A stretch of 64,000 bases of DNA from Acanthaster planci (GCF_001949145.1 NW_019091358.1:2660535-2724534); one strand, 5' to 3'. Numbered from the stretch's first letter, positions 22,149 to 34,733 are shown. Translations and numbers: made by a program. The notes: generated by a model not told the origin, from the letters alone.

Positions 22149-23107
22149 GCGTCTTCTTTTTTATTTTGTTTTGTGCGGGCTTGTGAAGTTGGGTCATGTC
22201 AAGTTTCACATCATTCAAGAACGGGCACGGGGCATGCACAGTATGTTGTCAGCCTCGTTTTTCGTGGGACCAAGAAAGTGCTGAAATGTAATGCATACCC
22301 AGCAACGTCTCTTCCCAGAGTAGGTTAGGACACGTGATATCTGAGCTTGCAGTGCATTTATCTTATTGTTTGGCTTCGAATAATGGTACCAACTGTTGAA
22401 CGCCTGCGCACAAAACATTTTCGACAAAACGGGAATTATGGCCAAACGGTACTATATACGATGCATAGGCCTAGGCCTACCGCTATTCGCAGATTTCTTG
22501 CTGACTTTTACAAAGCACATAAAATGGCTGAGGAACACTTTCTGTTTAGGAATGTGCCCCAAGATATTGTATGTACACGATTTATCTCATCAAATTATCT
22601 TGTTGTCCTGCATTTGCTTAACACATCCATCCGAGTTATCTCGTTCACCACGTTGACAACAGCCTATTCTTGAAAGTCTCAAAACTGAGAGATCAGTCTT
22701 TTCCGTTTCTGCTAATCCATAGATCGGAAAGTCATTAAAAAGAAAAACAGGACAGAAAAAGAAACATAACATGAACAAACTTTCCTCGGCCCCAAAAACA
22801 GATGGTGTGAGACTTTTTAGCCAATCGTGTAAAGTTTTAGCCTAAGATTAGACCCAAGAGGTGATGGGCCATTGTCACGTCCTCCTTGGTAATACTGAGA
22901 ATTTCTCTTACAGGCATAGAAATGTTATAAAACAACATAAATTATGTTATAAAACGACATTCAAAACAGTATAAAAGTCACTCCTCTATCTTTTTAGGTC
23001 AGGTATAGCTTATTCATTGTCAAGGAGCAACCCCTCTTCGAATATAGGCCTATTTTGTTATCGGCTGATCGACGTAACAATTTTGTGCCCGCAGGAAACC
23101 TCAGAGA

Positions 23108-23180
23108 GCCCGGTTAGCTCAGTCGGTAGAGCATCAGACTTTTAATCTGAGGGTCATGGGTTCAAGTCCCATACTGGGCG
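23108..23180 (+). tRNA. tRNA-Lys(TTT)
   Basis: GCCCGGT/ACTGGGC-G acceptor, TCAGA-CTTTTAA-TCTGA anticodon arm, ATGGG-TTCAAGT-CCCAT T-arm, poly-T terminator; 73 nt. Confidence 0.95.
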
Positions 23181-24137
23181 ATCCATTTTTTTTAAAGAAA
23201 TGTCACGCGAGTGTCAATATATTGTGGTTTAGAAGTCATTCAAAATATTTCAATAAAAAGTATAGGTTTCCAAATTATTGATCAAGTGAAAAAAAAGAGA
23301 AACCATTCAAGTCGACCACTTTCATTTCAAATGAAAAACTTTGTTTTATTGCCAATTTACAAATACTGGGATTTTGTTTGTTTTCCTATCAAAGCAAAGT
23401 CTGACTTATACAAGGTCTATACGTCAAGGATTCCTCTTTACTATTTCAATGAACAGTTCCCTTGAGGGGCGGATAAGTCCCGATTATTAGTTTCCTTTCC
23501 TAATTTCCCAAAAGCAATCAGTGCATAACATTGATTTTGTACGGCCCTGTACTGTTAACATGCCATATGAATCCAAAACCCCACGTCCCCACTCGCATGG
23601 AAAAATTGTTTGCGTATAAGGTTACGAATCCCAATCGCGCCAATAAAGGACCAATTTTCAGCCTGACACTATTTCGTTAAAACGAATTAGTGTGGCTTAA
23701 AACTGATACTTCAGAGGCACGATTGGGCTTTCGTACGCATATAACCGTGGTTACCACGCGGTGTTTCAAGAACCGCAACAGAGCATTTGGAAGAGGCCTC
23801 AAGTCCATTAGCCTTCAATCTCATAATTTCTGGGGGCACTGCTGTTTCCTGAATATAAACGTGTTTTTTGTTACTACACAGCTGCCTGGGGATATACCAT
23901 GTACTTTCTCAGGAGAAAATAGTTTTATTGCCAGTCTTGGGAGGACACTAGTCTAGTCTTCCCGCCTCTTTGAAACTTCTCTAGGCCTATTGAAATTTTG
24001 GGCTTTCCTTAAAAGAAATCATCCATAGCCACAAATATGGCCTTAATTCAAGTCGAGTTCCTCCAGTCGAGTTTACATCTCCCTAGCGCAAATCAATCTT
24101 TGAAATAATTTCTCAAGCGTGTTGTGCAAAATATATA

Positions 24138-24512
24138 TATCGTCACCAACACCACGCTGTAGCACTCAAGTGTGAGTGCGCACATCGGTACACTGATATA
24201 TAATCGAACGATTTTCGTTTTCACGAAGTAGCACTCGTGTGTTTTGTCAATATAGCATGGATAGAAACGTTTTGAAAGGTCTAAAATGATTTGATTCACC
24301 CGTAAATATGTGACTTCACTGGAAGATGATCTTAAAACTCGTTTAAACTGTTTAAATAGAGGAAAAGGTCAATTCCTCAAAACGACAATTTACGGAGCAC
24401 GTGCCGCACGGCTCAAAGTGCATGCTACTTCGTAAAAATGACACATATCTGTAAAATACGCACTGAAGCGGCGCACACATCTATAAACTACTTCGTGGTG
24501 TTGATGACGATA
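24138..24512. mobile_element. MITE-like element with nested inverted repeats
   Basis: TATCGTCACCAACACCACG / CGTGGTGTTGATGACGATA (one mismatch); inner TTTTCACGAAGTAGCA / TGCTACTTCGTAAAAA. Confidence 0.6.
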
Positions 24513-24861
24513 ATCGCTTTCCAGTATACTAATCTACTAGCCCACTCCGTCCATAAGGAGCTCACTCGACAATCGATCATCCAAGTCTTCAGTGTTTGAA
24601 AATTGACACGTAGGGAGAGAGCAGAAGGGCAGGAACACTGGCTCCAATTGTTATGTTAATCACTGGCTGACGGTTAAACTTTGCTTATTTGCTCGCCTTT
24701 GCAACATTCCAACTGCTTTTAAATTTATTTTAGTGAATATCTGGGGTACATGTTCCTCGTTTTGATCATTGAAGGGTATTGCTTCTCTCTTTTGCATTGG
24801 TCTTCAATAATCGATATGCTTCTAATGCGGGGCTTTATCGAAAGTGGACAGAAAATTGGTA

Positions 24862-24937
24862 GCCCGGTTAGCTCAGTAGGGGATAAGATATCAGACCTTT
24901 AATCTGAGGGTCATGGGTTAAAGTCCCATACCGGGTG
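24862..24937 (+). pseudogene. tRNA-Lys(TTT) pseudogene
   Basis: Copy of the 23108 gene with a disrupted D-arm (insertion), U33->C, TTC->TTA in the T-loop and a shortened 3' acceptor strand. Confidence 0.8.
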
Positions 24938-26989
24938 TTTTTTTCCCTAGCTTTGGGGCTTTCAGAATCAGCTGTTACATTAAACTGCTGTCATTTTTGT
25001 TAAATCTAAATAAGCGCTCACACTAAACATATTCACTGCACGTGAAACTTTTTGGTATCTATGATATGGTACGCATTAATTGTAAATTTTTGAGATAGCC
25101 CAATGTTAACTGCATGAAAGTCTAGGGAAATTTACCTGTCTGCAGTGTCACTTCATTTATAAGTTCACGTCGGCAGTGTTAAAAGAGGAGGCACTCTTCT
25201 AGCAGCAGGTGCAACGTGAGCGATGTCAGAATGTCGCCCACGGGTGTTTTTTCCTCTCTGGAAAATTGTGGGCGGGCGGGAGTTGTAATCGTGGTTTTCT
25301 TCTCAAGGCGGCATGTAGACCGTGGATAGGGTTCTCTGGCCTGATTCCGTGCATTCCCCCAGAGTGTCGTTTGGACGTTTTCTTTTCACCTCTGAAACTG
25401 AAAATGTCTCCTTCGTCTTCTATTTTTAGGCTTCTTCAAGCACGCAGACCTATGTCTTGCTTCAGTTCACTACAAGAGTGAACCCCCCCCAACATTTTTA
25501 AGTGGATAATAAATAAAATAAATAATGAATAAAATAACTTATTAATAAAACAAATTAAAATTTAAAAAAAAACCAGCGCATGCGCTGCTTGAACCCCCCC
25601 TAAAAACCCTAACGCCAGTGATCAGAAACGAATGTGGGCAAGAGCTGTCCTCGGGTTGCTGCAATGCTCAAATTCGCCCCGGGCCTCCGTCTGAATCACA
25701 CGCTCGACATCGCTAGCTCTAGCACGAGGCTCTAAATTACGTCAACAACCAACCAACAGCCAATCATTAAAAAATCACAGAAAAATCGTTAGAAAGTCAA
25801 TGCATATTTTATTTTTTAACAAAAGTGATTACTTCGACTGTATAGAATGACTCATGCAAATTATGTAGTACTGAAAATCAGAAAAGCACACCTGAAAACA
25901 TATCTTTGATTTGTGCGGAACAAAAATTGCTCACTGTTAAAAGGCAACACGAGTTAGTTTCTATTTTATGCGTAATTATAAACAAAATGACTTAGGAGAA
26001 AGCTCAACGTTTGGTATAGCTTATTAAAATCAAAGCATTCGAGAAACATTCCATAATTACACTAGCTATCCAACTCTTCCTTCGTACTGCAGTCCACCCT
26101 TTCTATTTTCGTCAGCTCCACCCACATATAGCTTTTCCTCCAATCTTCGTACATTAGCACACACAAGCATTATGCACAAAAACTAAGTCCAACATAATGA
26201 CCCAACGAAGAGGGGAGATTTCCTTCCTCCCCGAAATAAAACCTAATCACAACTGCAAAATAAATCCACTTGGATTCTCATCCAAAAAAAGAAAAGGCTT
26301 TAAAATGTGGGTCAAAGAAAAAAGTATTGTATTACTGTTAACAAAACTGTCCGCCTCCACAAAATGTCTACTTTTAATCCTCGCTCCGCACTTTTATAGA
26401 TTTACAAGGAAAAACAGTGCACTGTGAATGCATCAAGCTGGAAAAAATTGCAAACGAGCCTCTATATAGTGACCACACAAGGTTACTGGTGAACAAATAC
26501 GAGATTTCAAAGTCATTTTCAAGGTGTACATCGCTGAAATGTAAAACGGGTACAGTTATTTACACGTAGATGATGCCGTCAGAGTGTATCATTTCAAGCC
26601 GCAATTTGCAACTTTCAGATACAAAATAGTAAAAGATTTTACAAAATTCATATGGCAAGCGATTGCATGAAAATATCTACGTCCATTCAGTATGTCCTGA
26701 TAGTTCTTAATTTAGTTAGTTCTGCAAAATATTTGCAAGTTGGCATAATACTGCATTGGAAAAAATTGAAAAATACAAGTTATTCAAAAATGCATAAATT
26801 AAAATACAGGCACTTTATTAATCAAAGAATGCTTACATTAAATAAAAAGGTTTTACAGTGTTTTTTTTTAACAAACTAGTTGACCCTGTTGCTTGTTTAC
26901 TGCATTAAAAAAATAGTCACAGGCACGGGAGAAGCTGTTCTGTTAACAAATACGTCCGCTAATGTTACCCCTCCTAGTTCTGGCCATCA

Positions 26990-28200
26990 TCCAGTTGGAT
27001 GGCTGGGCGGAAAATGGCCTTCAATGTAGGTTGCCCATAGAGATGAGTGCTTGGCATCACTGGATGCATGGTTGGGGAAATTCTTGCGCTTTAGGTTGAC
27101 TGAAATTGGGTGCTCAAAAAGGGGTATTGACCCTTACAAATTTGATCCTAGACTGGGATTTGGCCTTTGACATCAGTGGGTGGTTAGCTGAGATATTTGT
27201 CTTGTTTGACGGTTTAGTGGTTTACATGGTCTACGAGGTAGTTAACTGGGACATGGTCTTTGGTGGTTGGATAACAGTAAATTACTGGGATAATACATTT
27301 AATAATTAGGTGAACTGCGAATTACTGGGATATGGCCTCAGACTAGTAAGTGGTTGTCTGGGATTAAACTGGCCTTTGACAGGTAGTCAACTGGGCTCTA
27401 ATTTTTGTCTACTCAACTAGTATATGGCCTTTGACTGTTGATGGTTGACTGAGAAATGACTGCTCTTGGTTGATGACTGGGATATGGCCTTCGATTTTTG
27501 TTGGCTGACTCAACTTTTGACAGCTGGGCAGGTGACTAGGTTATGACCTTAGACTGTAAGGTTTTTGAAAAGGATATGGCCTTTCACTGTTGGGTGTTTG
27601 CAAGGATATGGCCTTAACTGTTGGGTGTTTGACAAGGGTATGGCCTTTAGGATTTGGTTGACAATGATATGGCCTTTAACCGTTGGGTGTTTGACAAGGA
27701 CATGGCTTTCAAGTGTTGAGTGGCTGACACAAACAAATATAGTTTAAGTGTTAATTTAACAGCCTTTAACTGTAAGTTGACTGGAATACATGGCCTTTGT
27801 GGGAGGGTTGACTGGGATATGACCATTGTTGAACTTGAATGTGACTTTTGACACTTTGACAGTTGGTTGATTGGCTACGTTAGTGCTTGGTATTACTGGG
27901 TGGGTGATTATGTAATTGTTTGTACTTTTCGGTGGCTGACAAGGCTATAGCTTTTGCTTGTTGAGTAGTCGACAGGGACACTGGCTTTGGCTGTTCAATG
28001 GCTGGTGTCTTGTTCTGATGAGCAGCTAACTGGGCAAGTGCCTTGCTCCTTTGAATTGTAGACTGGGGGACTGCTCTGTCTTCTTGGCTGGCTGACCGGG
28101 TGAGTGCCTTGCTATCGCGAGTGGCTGATGGCTGTGCAATTTCCCTTCGGCCGGCAGCCTGGAAGATCATTTTATTCTGCTGGGTAACTGACTGGTTGCT
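26990..28200. repeat. Degenerate ~33-bp tandem repeat spanning the GTDC1 last exon and 3'UTR
   Basis: GGATATGGCCTTTRACTGTTGG..GGTTGAC-like units recur (e.g. 27572, 27604, 27636, 27665, 27698); on the minus strand they read as ~11-aa K-A-I-S-x-S-T-x-Q-like units. Confidence 0.75.
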
Positions 28201-28323
28201 TTCCTTTTCATATTCAAATGATGAGCGAGGAAATGTCTTCATAGTAACGGTGGCAGAGGAAGAGGACAAGATCTCTAGGTAGTCGTGTTTCAAGACCTCC
28301 CAGGAATACTGTCTGACGTCAAC
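27880..28323 (-). CDS. GTDC1: GTDC1/QTMAN last coding exon with extended C-terminal tail
   Basis: atgcag|VDVRQYSWEVLKHDYLEILS... matches the family C-terminal (F/Y)SW..L motif, followed by ~125 S/Q/A/K-rich residues to TAA at 27880. Confidence 0.8.
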   Translation of the reverse strand, partial: VDVRQYSWEVLKHDYLEILSSSSATVTMKTFPRSSFEYEKESNQSVTQQNKMIFQAAGRREIAQPSATRDSKALTRSASQEDRAVPQSTIQRSKALAQLAAHQNKTPAIEQPKPVSLSTTQQAKAIALSATEKYKQLHNHPPSNTKH

Positions 28324-28835
28324 CTGCATGACAGACACAAAATTATGTTGAGTTACTTCTGGTGATGCCAAAACTTCAAAATAAAAAAAAAAGATCACTG
28401 CTCAGGAAAATTCTAGATCTGGATTAAAATTAGAAACATATGACTGACTTCAGTAGAAAAGTTAAGAGTGCTTCTGTTCCACTCTGGAACAGTAATGCCA
28501 TGGGTTTTGAAGGGCCTTTCTCAGATTGGAGGATATGGTGGTAAAAAAAGTGGTTTTCCCAAGACAGCCACTCATGGGCTTCACATGAGATACAATTACA
28601 ACAAATGAACCAGAACAATAAGTCCACGGTCTTATGCCACTTGCATAAACTGCACAGCAAACAGTCAGCCCAATGCAAACAGAGACCTGTTGTGGTAAAC
28701 GGTCACATACAGGGCATCTGGAAATAAATGGCAGCTTAAATCCTGCATGATAGCCTGCTTGGTGTCCCTCAGCAAACGAAATCAGCATTGAGCAATCGTT
28801 TGGATAAAATGCCTGGTGCGATGTGCTCCACAAAC

Positions 28836-28927
28836 CTGGAGATCGTGTTTTCGGACAAGCTGTGGGTGCCTACAAAACTCTCGCAATCTCTTAAACAGCT
28901 GCTGGGAAGTGTTGTACAAGTACTGCT
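28836..28927 (-). CDS. GTDC1: GTDC1/QTMAN coding exon 7
   Basis: (K)QYLYNTSQQLFKRLREFCRHPQLVRKHDLQ; ccacag / GTTTGT; phases consistent. Confidence 0.9.
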
Positions 28928-29069
28928 CTGTGGACAACAAATGACCAAAATGAAAAAGAGAAACCCTGTGAAAAAAAGTACATGTTCGTTTCATCATTCG
29001 GACAAAACAAGGTGTGTATCTTTCGAGATGTTCATCATGAATACTTCATGTTATCCCTCATTTTTTTCT

Positions 29070-29560
29070 ACTGTGTCATCTCTTGTTTTATGAGTGGCAA
29101 AGTCCAGCCCTGTCATGAAATACTGTAAGTGTCCTGTCTTACTTTGTTCTTGGCGGTTATGTCAGCATTGTGCACACTGCTTCTTGAACAGCACTGTCAT
29201 CTCTTGTCACATTCTGTCCTGTCATGCCCTGCTGTGTCATACCTCTTCAATGTTGTGTTTAATCCCATGGTCGTGTCTTGTCACAACCTGTACAGCCACA
29301 TTCCATCCTGTCTTGTACTACTGTACTGTGTTCCCTTACTGTCAATATCTGCCCACTCTTGTCTACTTTTAGTCTGTCCAGTCATGTCTTTATTCTGTCC
29401 TGTTTCCCCCAACTTTCCTCCAGTCAATACCATGCCTCCTTGAAACCCTCTAATCTGCACTCCTTTGTCCTGTTCTGTCCCTAATCTCTGATTCTGTACT
29501 GTCACTGTTCTTTCTTCCCAACAAATTGGGTATACAGGCATTCGAAACACTCTCCTGTAT
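29070..29560. repeat. Low-complexity (C/T)TGTC-rich intronic tract
   Basis: Many TGTC/CTGTC words with strong strand purine/pyrimidine skew. Confidence 0.55.
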
Positions 29561-29621
29561 TATTCCCATTGCTATCTGTCAAACGTGGTCAAACTTAGGT
29601 AAGGAAAGATGACTTTCTTAC

Positions 29622-29692
29622 TGGGGAATATTTCAGGGTATACCAGGCAATTAGGGCAGAGCGGATAGCACCTCAAATGCACTGCTTCTAAC
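29622..29692 (-). CDS. GTDC1: GTDC1/QTMAN coding exon 6
   Basis: (M)LEAVHLRCYPLCPNCLVYPEIFP; ttgcag / GTAAGA. Confidence 0.93.
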
Positions 29693-29949
29693 CTGCAAAT
29701 TAAAAATAAAAGAAATCTTGACACCCAAAAGTTTTTATATTGACAAAATGTCAAGCAAGGAATCTCAGCATATAAAATATTATTTCAATAAAAATAAAAA
29801 AATAAAATACACATTTTTGAGATATTTACTCTCTTCCCAGAAAACTACAGTACTTCCTCAAATAATGCAATAAATCCGTGAACACATGCATCGGCTAAGG
29901 TCTTGGAAGAGAGGGAGCTATAAATTTGTATTCTAAGTCAATCGCTCAC

Positions 29950-30094
29950 ATTGCAACTCCAAAGAACTCATGATCAGCCGTAGACACAGCCACATCAGCA
30001 GCAAATAGCACACGGTAGTAGTCCTCCTTGCTGGACTGGTAACCCCAATCGACAATCCGGTCCTGCAACTTGGCTTTGGCTTCAGCAAAAATTT
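29950..30094 (-). CDS. GTDC1: GTDC1/QTMAN coding exon 5
   Basis: (E)IFAEAKAKLQDRIVDWGYQSSKEDYYRVLFAADVAVSTADHEFFGVA(M); with exon 6 completes the GT-B E-x7-E motif (EFFGVAMLE); ttatag / GTGAGC. Confidence 0.94.
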
Positions 30095-30916
30095 CTATAA
30101 GGCGAGGAAAAACGAAAAACTCTCAAATAAGGATATTTCTGTGTTGTAAAGGGGAGAGATTTACATTAAACACATACATGTGGTCAAATATCCTGGAACC
30201 TAGTGGACGAGGCATTGTTTCGTTTCCTTCTGGCTCTTTTTCATGGGCAGAACTGACCAAACGACTAACCACCCAAGAAAGTGTTTTGTTCCCTTTGTGA
30301 GTTTATCTCCTATGGTCCATTATAACTTCCAAGTAACAGTTGAAACTTACATTTTTAACCCTTCAGTGACCTTGGTTTAGGAGTCAGTTTACCAATGTCT
30401 GAAAAGCAGTAAGGTCGGTTGGTACTTCAGGCAAACACGACAGTGAAGCGAATTTGATGTCACAAAAGATTTGCTACAAAATTCCACTCCAGTTGAAACG
30501 TGTTCAACTTTTACCAATTTGCAATGTGAATATTTGATCTGACGTCACAAATTTGCATCCGCATTCGCTGCCACACCAAGTATGAACCTGCCTTTATGTA
30601 CAGGTAACATGCAAGTAGGTGAAATGCCCATTATTTATCAACATGATGTGCAGTGACAGCCCATTCTGTTAGGATATAAATCGGACAAGCAGTGAATGAC
30701 TGAGATTTGACACAACAGATCTGATTCATAACCCCAACAGTTTGAAATGTTCCAACAGTTGGAGTAGTCAGGAAAAAAATCTTTTGGTAGTTGGTAGAGA
30801 AGAAACCAAAATTACATTCAAGGTAGATCATGCCTGAAGGCATTAGCTGTTTGGGTACTTTTAAAGCAATACAGGATTTCGGGGGAGGGGTGGTTATGAC
30901 TTTAATTTGAAGCTAC

Positions 30917-31026
30917 CTGGTACTTCGTTGAAGTGCTCCCCTAATACTGAGACTCGGAACTCCAGGCCTGCGTCGTGTAACTTCATCAAGGTGTGGAGGA
31001 ACAGATCTGGGTTCTTGTCATGCTCC
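30917..31026 (-). CDS. GTDC1: GTDC1/QTMAN coding exon 4
   Basis: (W)EHDKNPDLFLHTLMKLHDAGLEFRVSVLGEHFNEVP; completes the HRWEHDK motif; tcccag / GTAGCT. Confidence 0.93.
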
Positions 31027-31742
31027 CTGGGAGCAGAAAAGGCAATAAAGCATTTTCAGAACTTCTGAATGAATAATAATATAGTTCTTTTGGAACAAAA
31101 AGCACTAAAATGACTTTAATGCACTTTGATCCATATAGGAAGACAAGATCTTATTGTCACATGTCCACAATTTGTAACTGTATTCATACTGGCAAATACT
31201 TCAAGGTGCAATGATTTGGTATATGTTTAACTCAAATAGATTTGATTCTTTTTAGGTGGGGGGGGACAATTACAAAAATGTGGATAAAATCATATTTTTA
31301 CAGGTACTTTGAAGCATGTTCTTTTGCTCCCCAAAATATTTGCATGTAACTCTTGTTTGTTAACTGTAACTTAACTCAATGACAAAAGCCATTATTAAGA
31401 CGGCTGCTGCATATGGAAAAGGTCTAAGGACTGATCCAGTGATCAGAATTTGCAGCCATTAGTGTGGTTAGTACCACACGCGTTAAGTTGCACATGCACA
31501 TAAATGCCTTTCCCACAAACAGGGTATTCATAAAACTGACCACAATTAAACTTAAAAATGCAAGAATGATTTCTTGTCCAATAACTGTATCAAGGAGTGT
31601 AAAGGTCTCATGGAGAAGAGACACCAAGAATTAGTATCTGTGTTAAAACATCCCTTCAACTAAGAGTATATGTATGTGACCAATCCTGAACAGAATGTTG
31701 AGGCCAAACTTGATCAAAGAGTGTTGAGTATTTTCATGTTAC

Positions 31743-32405
31743 CATCTATGAGCCCAGAGTATATGGAGTGGTTTCTGGGAACCTGATCGCCACATGGCTC
31801 TCCTTTCCCCAGCTGCCAAGTGACTGGTGTCATGTGACTGGGTCTTGTCATGTGACGGGGCCTTATCATGTGACTGGGCCTGGTCATGAGACTGGGCCAT
31901 GGTATCCTCCTTCTCCCTGCTCCTACTCGCTGAAGATTTTTGCTTTCTCCTCGTGGCTGCATCCGCTACGCAGTTGCCCTTTTTGTCATTCTCCAAGTTC
32001 TCCCTCGAGACTCGTCTGGCGTAGCGGAAGTTCCCAAATTTCGGTCGTGCAGCAGTGTCCAACCAATCTTCTTCGTGTCCATCAGTGTCCTCTGCCAGCG
32101 CGCACCTGGGGTCCGAATCTCGAAGGCTCCCTGTGGTTCCCTCAGCCGGATCTTCGCTTTGCACGCGTCTGATGTTCTGGCCCGGCAGGAACGGCTGGCA
32201 TCCGCTGGGCTCCCCCGGGGATACAGTGTCCAGCTCGGGCAGCTGCAAGGGGAAGTACAATACCCTGCACTTGGGCCGGATGGGCTTGTGCATGCCCTTG
32301 GACTTGTAGCCCGACACCGGAATCAGGCTCAGGAAGGAGTCGATGCTAGTCAGGAAGGACTCCATGTTGTAGGCAGAGTTGAAGAGGATGGTGTCTGCAA
32401 TGAGG
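31743..32405 (-). CDS. GTDC1: GTDC1/QTMAN coding exon 3
   Basis: (C)LIADTILFNSAYNMESFLTSIDSFL...IRPKCRVLYFP...[variable linker]...KPLHILWAHR(W); ccccag / GTAACA; 663 nt. Confidence 0.92.
31820..31898 (-). repeat. Coding 18-bp repeat (AQSHDQ/AQSHDK/APSHDK/TQSHD)
   Basis: Four CAGTCACATGAC-like units in frame inside GTDC1 exon 3. Confidence 0.8.
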
Positions 32406-33574
32406 CTGGGGACAGAATAGAACATAAAACCTTCAAAGTCATCTTGGATGTGAAATACAGAGATTAACCAGTCCTGATGTCCATCCCCTAACCTGTCCAT
32501 TTTTTCCATTGCCCTACCGCTGCAACACAGCGGTGCATTAACCACTTCGTGCTGGGGCATTTTTCAACGTTGATGATGCTGGGCCAGCATGACTATCATT
32601 TTCTCCGTTTTCAAAATCCTTCAAAAATTCATCATTCCATTTAACGGTCGTTTACAGCCACACCAAGTAATCTTTAGGCACTACTCTAAGTTGACAGGTG
32701 ACTTTCATTGACGCCCGAGTTTTTTTGCCAGGCCTGCAGCCTTGTGAACAGAGCCCAGATTGTGCGGTGTTAAACAACTGTCTTTTGTTCACGAACCTGG
32801 CTCAGTGCACTGCTGACCTCTTTTCAATAGGGGCCAGATTAGTGTGCAGCGGTGCTGTGTGGCTCATCTAGTAGATTTGACAACACTAAATAACAATACT
32901 CACAACGTACTGTACTTGTGGCTTTCAATGAGTGACTGAAAGCAGTGGCAACAGCCAATAGCACAGACAGCCCAAGAAACTGGACAACTTGCAAAATGAG
33001 TTACACAAAAACATAGTAACAAAGTTCCTTTGAACAAAAGTTTCAAAATTCTATCCATATTTCTTTTGAATCAACCGCACTGCTCATGAGTGCCTCAACA
33101 CACTGACAGGAATTGCTGGAGGATTTTGAAGAATTGAGGCGGTAGGCACACCTCCAAAGAACATTTTCAAGAAATTTTGGAAGATTTCGGAGGATTGAGG
33201 GAGAACCCAATTTTTTCACCCCCAAATTGCAGGATTGAGGAGGGTCCCTAGCAAAAAGGACCTAGGGGGTTAGGGTTAACACTCTAAACCATCCCAATTG
33301 AGCCATTCTCCACTTGGATACATCTGCATGTTACATCTAAGAATAGTTAGAGTTTCACATGTTTTCAAACAAACTTGAATAAGCCACTCCACACTGAGAT
33401 GTGTTTGAAAAATTCACATTATTGGAGTTTCCCAATTATGGGAACAAAGAACGGGAAACCGTGTTTCTTCAATCAAGACGAATATTTCGTACCCAACTAC
33501 AGCTCAATACTAGGCTGAGAAGGAAAAAAATATAGCCAGCTGATGTGGCAGAGAATTTGAATTTCATAACGCAC

Positions 33575-33742
33575 CAAGAGATGATCTGGTTGTAGCCATA
33601 CTGAAAGTCTCGATCCTGCTGCTTCCGGACCGGATAGACAAGCTGGTTCTCATGGAAGTACAAGACTTTGTGTAGGCCGGCCAGGTCTGTTCTCATGGCT
33701 ACCAACTCGGCCAGATTCAAGACACTGCTGGAAAACAGGACC
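33575..33742 (-). CDS. GTDC1: GTDC1/QTMAN coding exon 2
   Basis: (R)VLFSSSVLNLAELVAMRTDLAGLHKVLYFHENQLVYPVRKQQDRDFQYGYNQIIS(C); YFHENQL.YP motif; ctccag / GTGCGT. Confidence 0.95.
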
Positions 33743-33877
33743 CTGGAGGGGGCAATGCACAAGGATCGCTGAGATTATGCAATCTACCAGTTATCACCTG
33801 AAAATGAAGCTGAATCACTGTTACTGTGGTTACAATATCGTGGGTCTGCAATTATGTGAATTAGTACTACATCCTGC

Positions 33878-34278
33878 CAGTGTTGCAGTCGAGTATTTTC
33901 CGAGTACCAACGTTCTCTGCAAAATACTGAACTGGGTAAGAGGGAATAAAGCCAGAGTGCACAGGCATTTGATGGTAAATGTGCAAAGGTAAGATTACAA
34001 AATAAATGTTAGACTTCAGACACTCCCAGTTGTGTAAAATTTAAGTTTTAAGGAGAAAAGTACTCAGAAAGTACCTGGCCGAGTACTTTCCGAGTACTTT
34101 TGTCCTAAAAAGTTAATTTTAAACAAACAGTGATGGTCTGAAGTCATTATGTTGCTTTGTAATCTTATCTTTAGGCATGTACCATCAAATGCCGATGAAC
34201 TTCAGCTTTGTTCCCTCCTAACTAGTTAAATATTTGGTAGAGAACTTGGTTTTCAAAAAGTACTTGACTACATCACTG
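33878..34278. mobile_element. Fold-back hAT-like MITE (401 bp), 8-bp TSD CATCCTGC
   Basis: CATCCTGC|CAGTGTTGCAGTCGAGTA ... TACTTGACTACATCACTG|CATCCTGC; the two ~200-bp halves are imperfect inverted copies. Confidence 0.88.
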
Positions 34279-34733
34279 CATCCTGCAGGTATCAGTGTGT
34301 ACGCTGAAAGTCACTGGACAAGCACGTATGAATGATTCAGTACAATTGCAACCAACTCTCACAGTGAATTGAAGAGAAAAAATTAACCAGAAAAACATTT
34401 CAGTTGAATGCCTATGACCAACAATAAGGCCAAAAAGTATTTTCAAAGTTTTTCTTTGTTACCTTCTGTAAAAATATGCAATTTTTTCTGCTTTTGCAGG
34501 AATTTGGTACAACTGAGTATTTGAATATTTTGTCGATTGCAAAGTCAAATATTTCAATATTCAGTTATTCCAAAAGACTCGGCCTCAGTGAGTGGTACAT
34601 TTCTTGCTGAACGTTGTTAAATTAGGCACTGATCACAGCCATTGATAAAAGTTACAGGAAGATCATTGAGGACAATACAAGGTGTCCCAGAGGATGGCTA
34701 TAGAAAGGTGGGGTTTAAACGGACTCCACCCAC

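Noticed and set aside
25590..25620. AACCCTAAC as a possible telomerase RNA template
   Set aside because: No U-rich pseudoknot or H/ACA domain is evident downstream; the context (repeated TGAACCCCCCC) looks like a decayed MITE end. A covariance-model search would settle it.
31768..32467. Plus-strand ORFs of 134-175 aa, and the 156-aa minus ORF at 39577-40047
   Set aside because: Antisense shadows of GC-rich GTDC1 and SNX27 exons.
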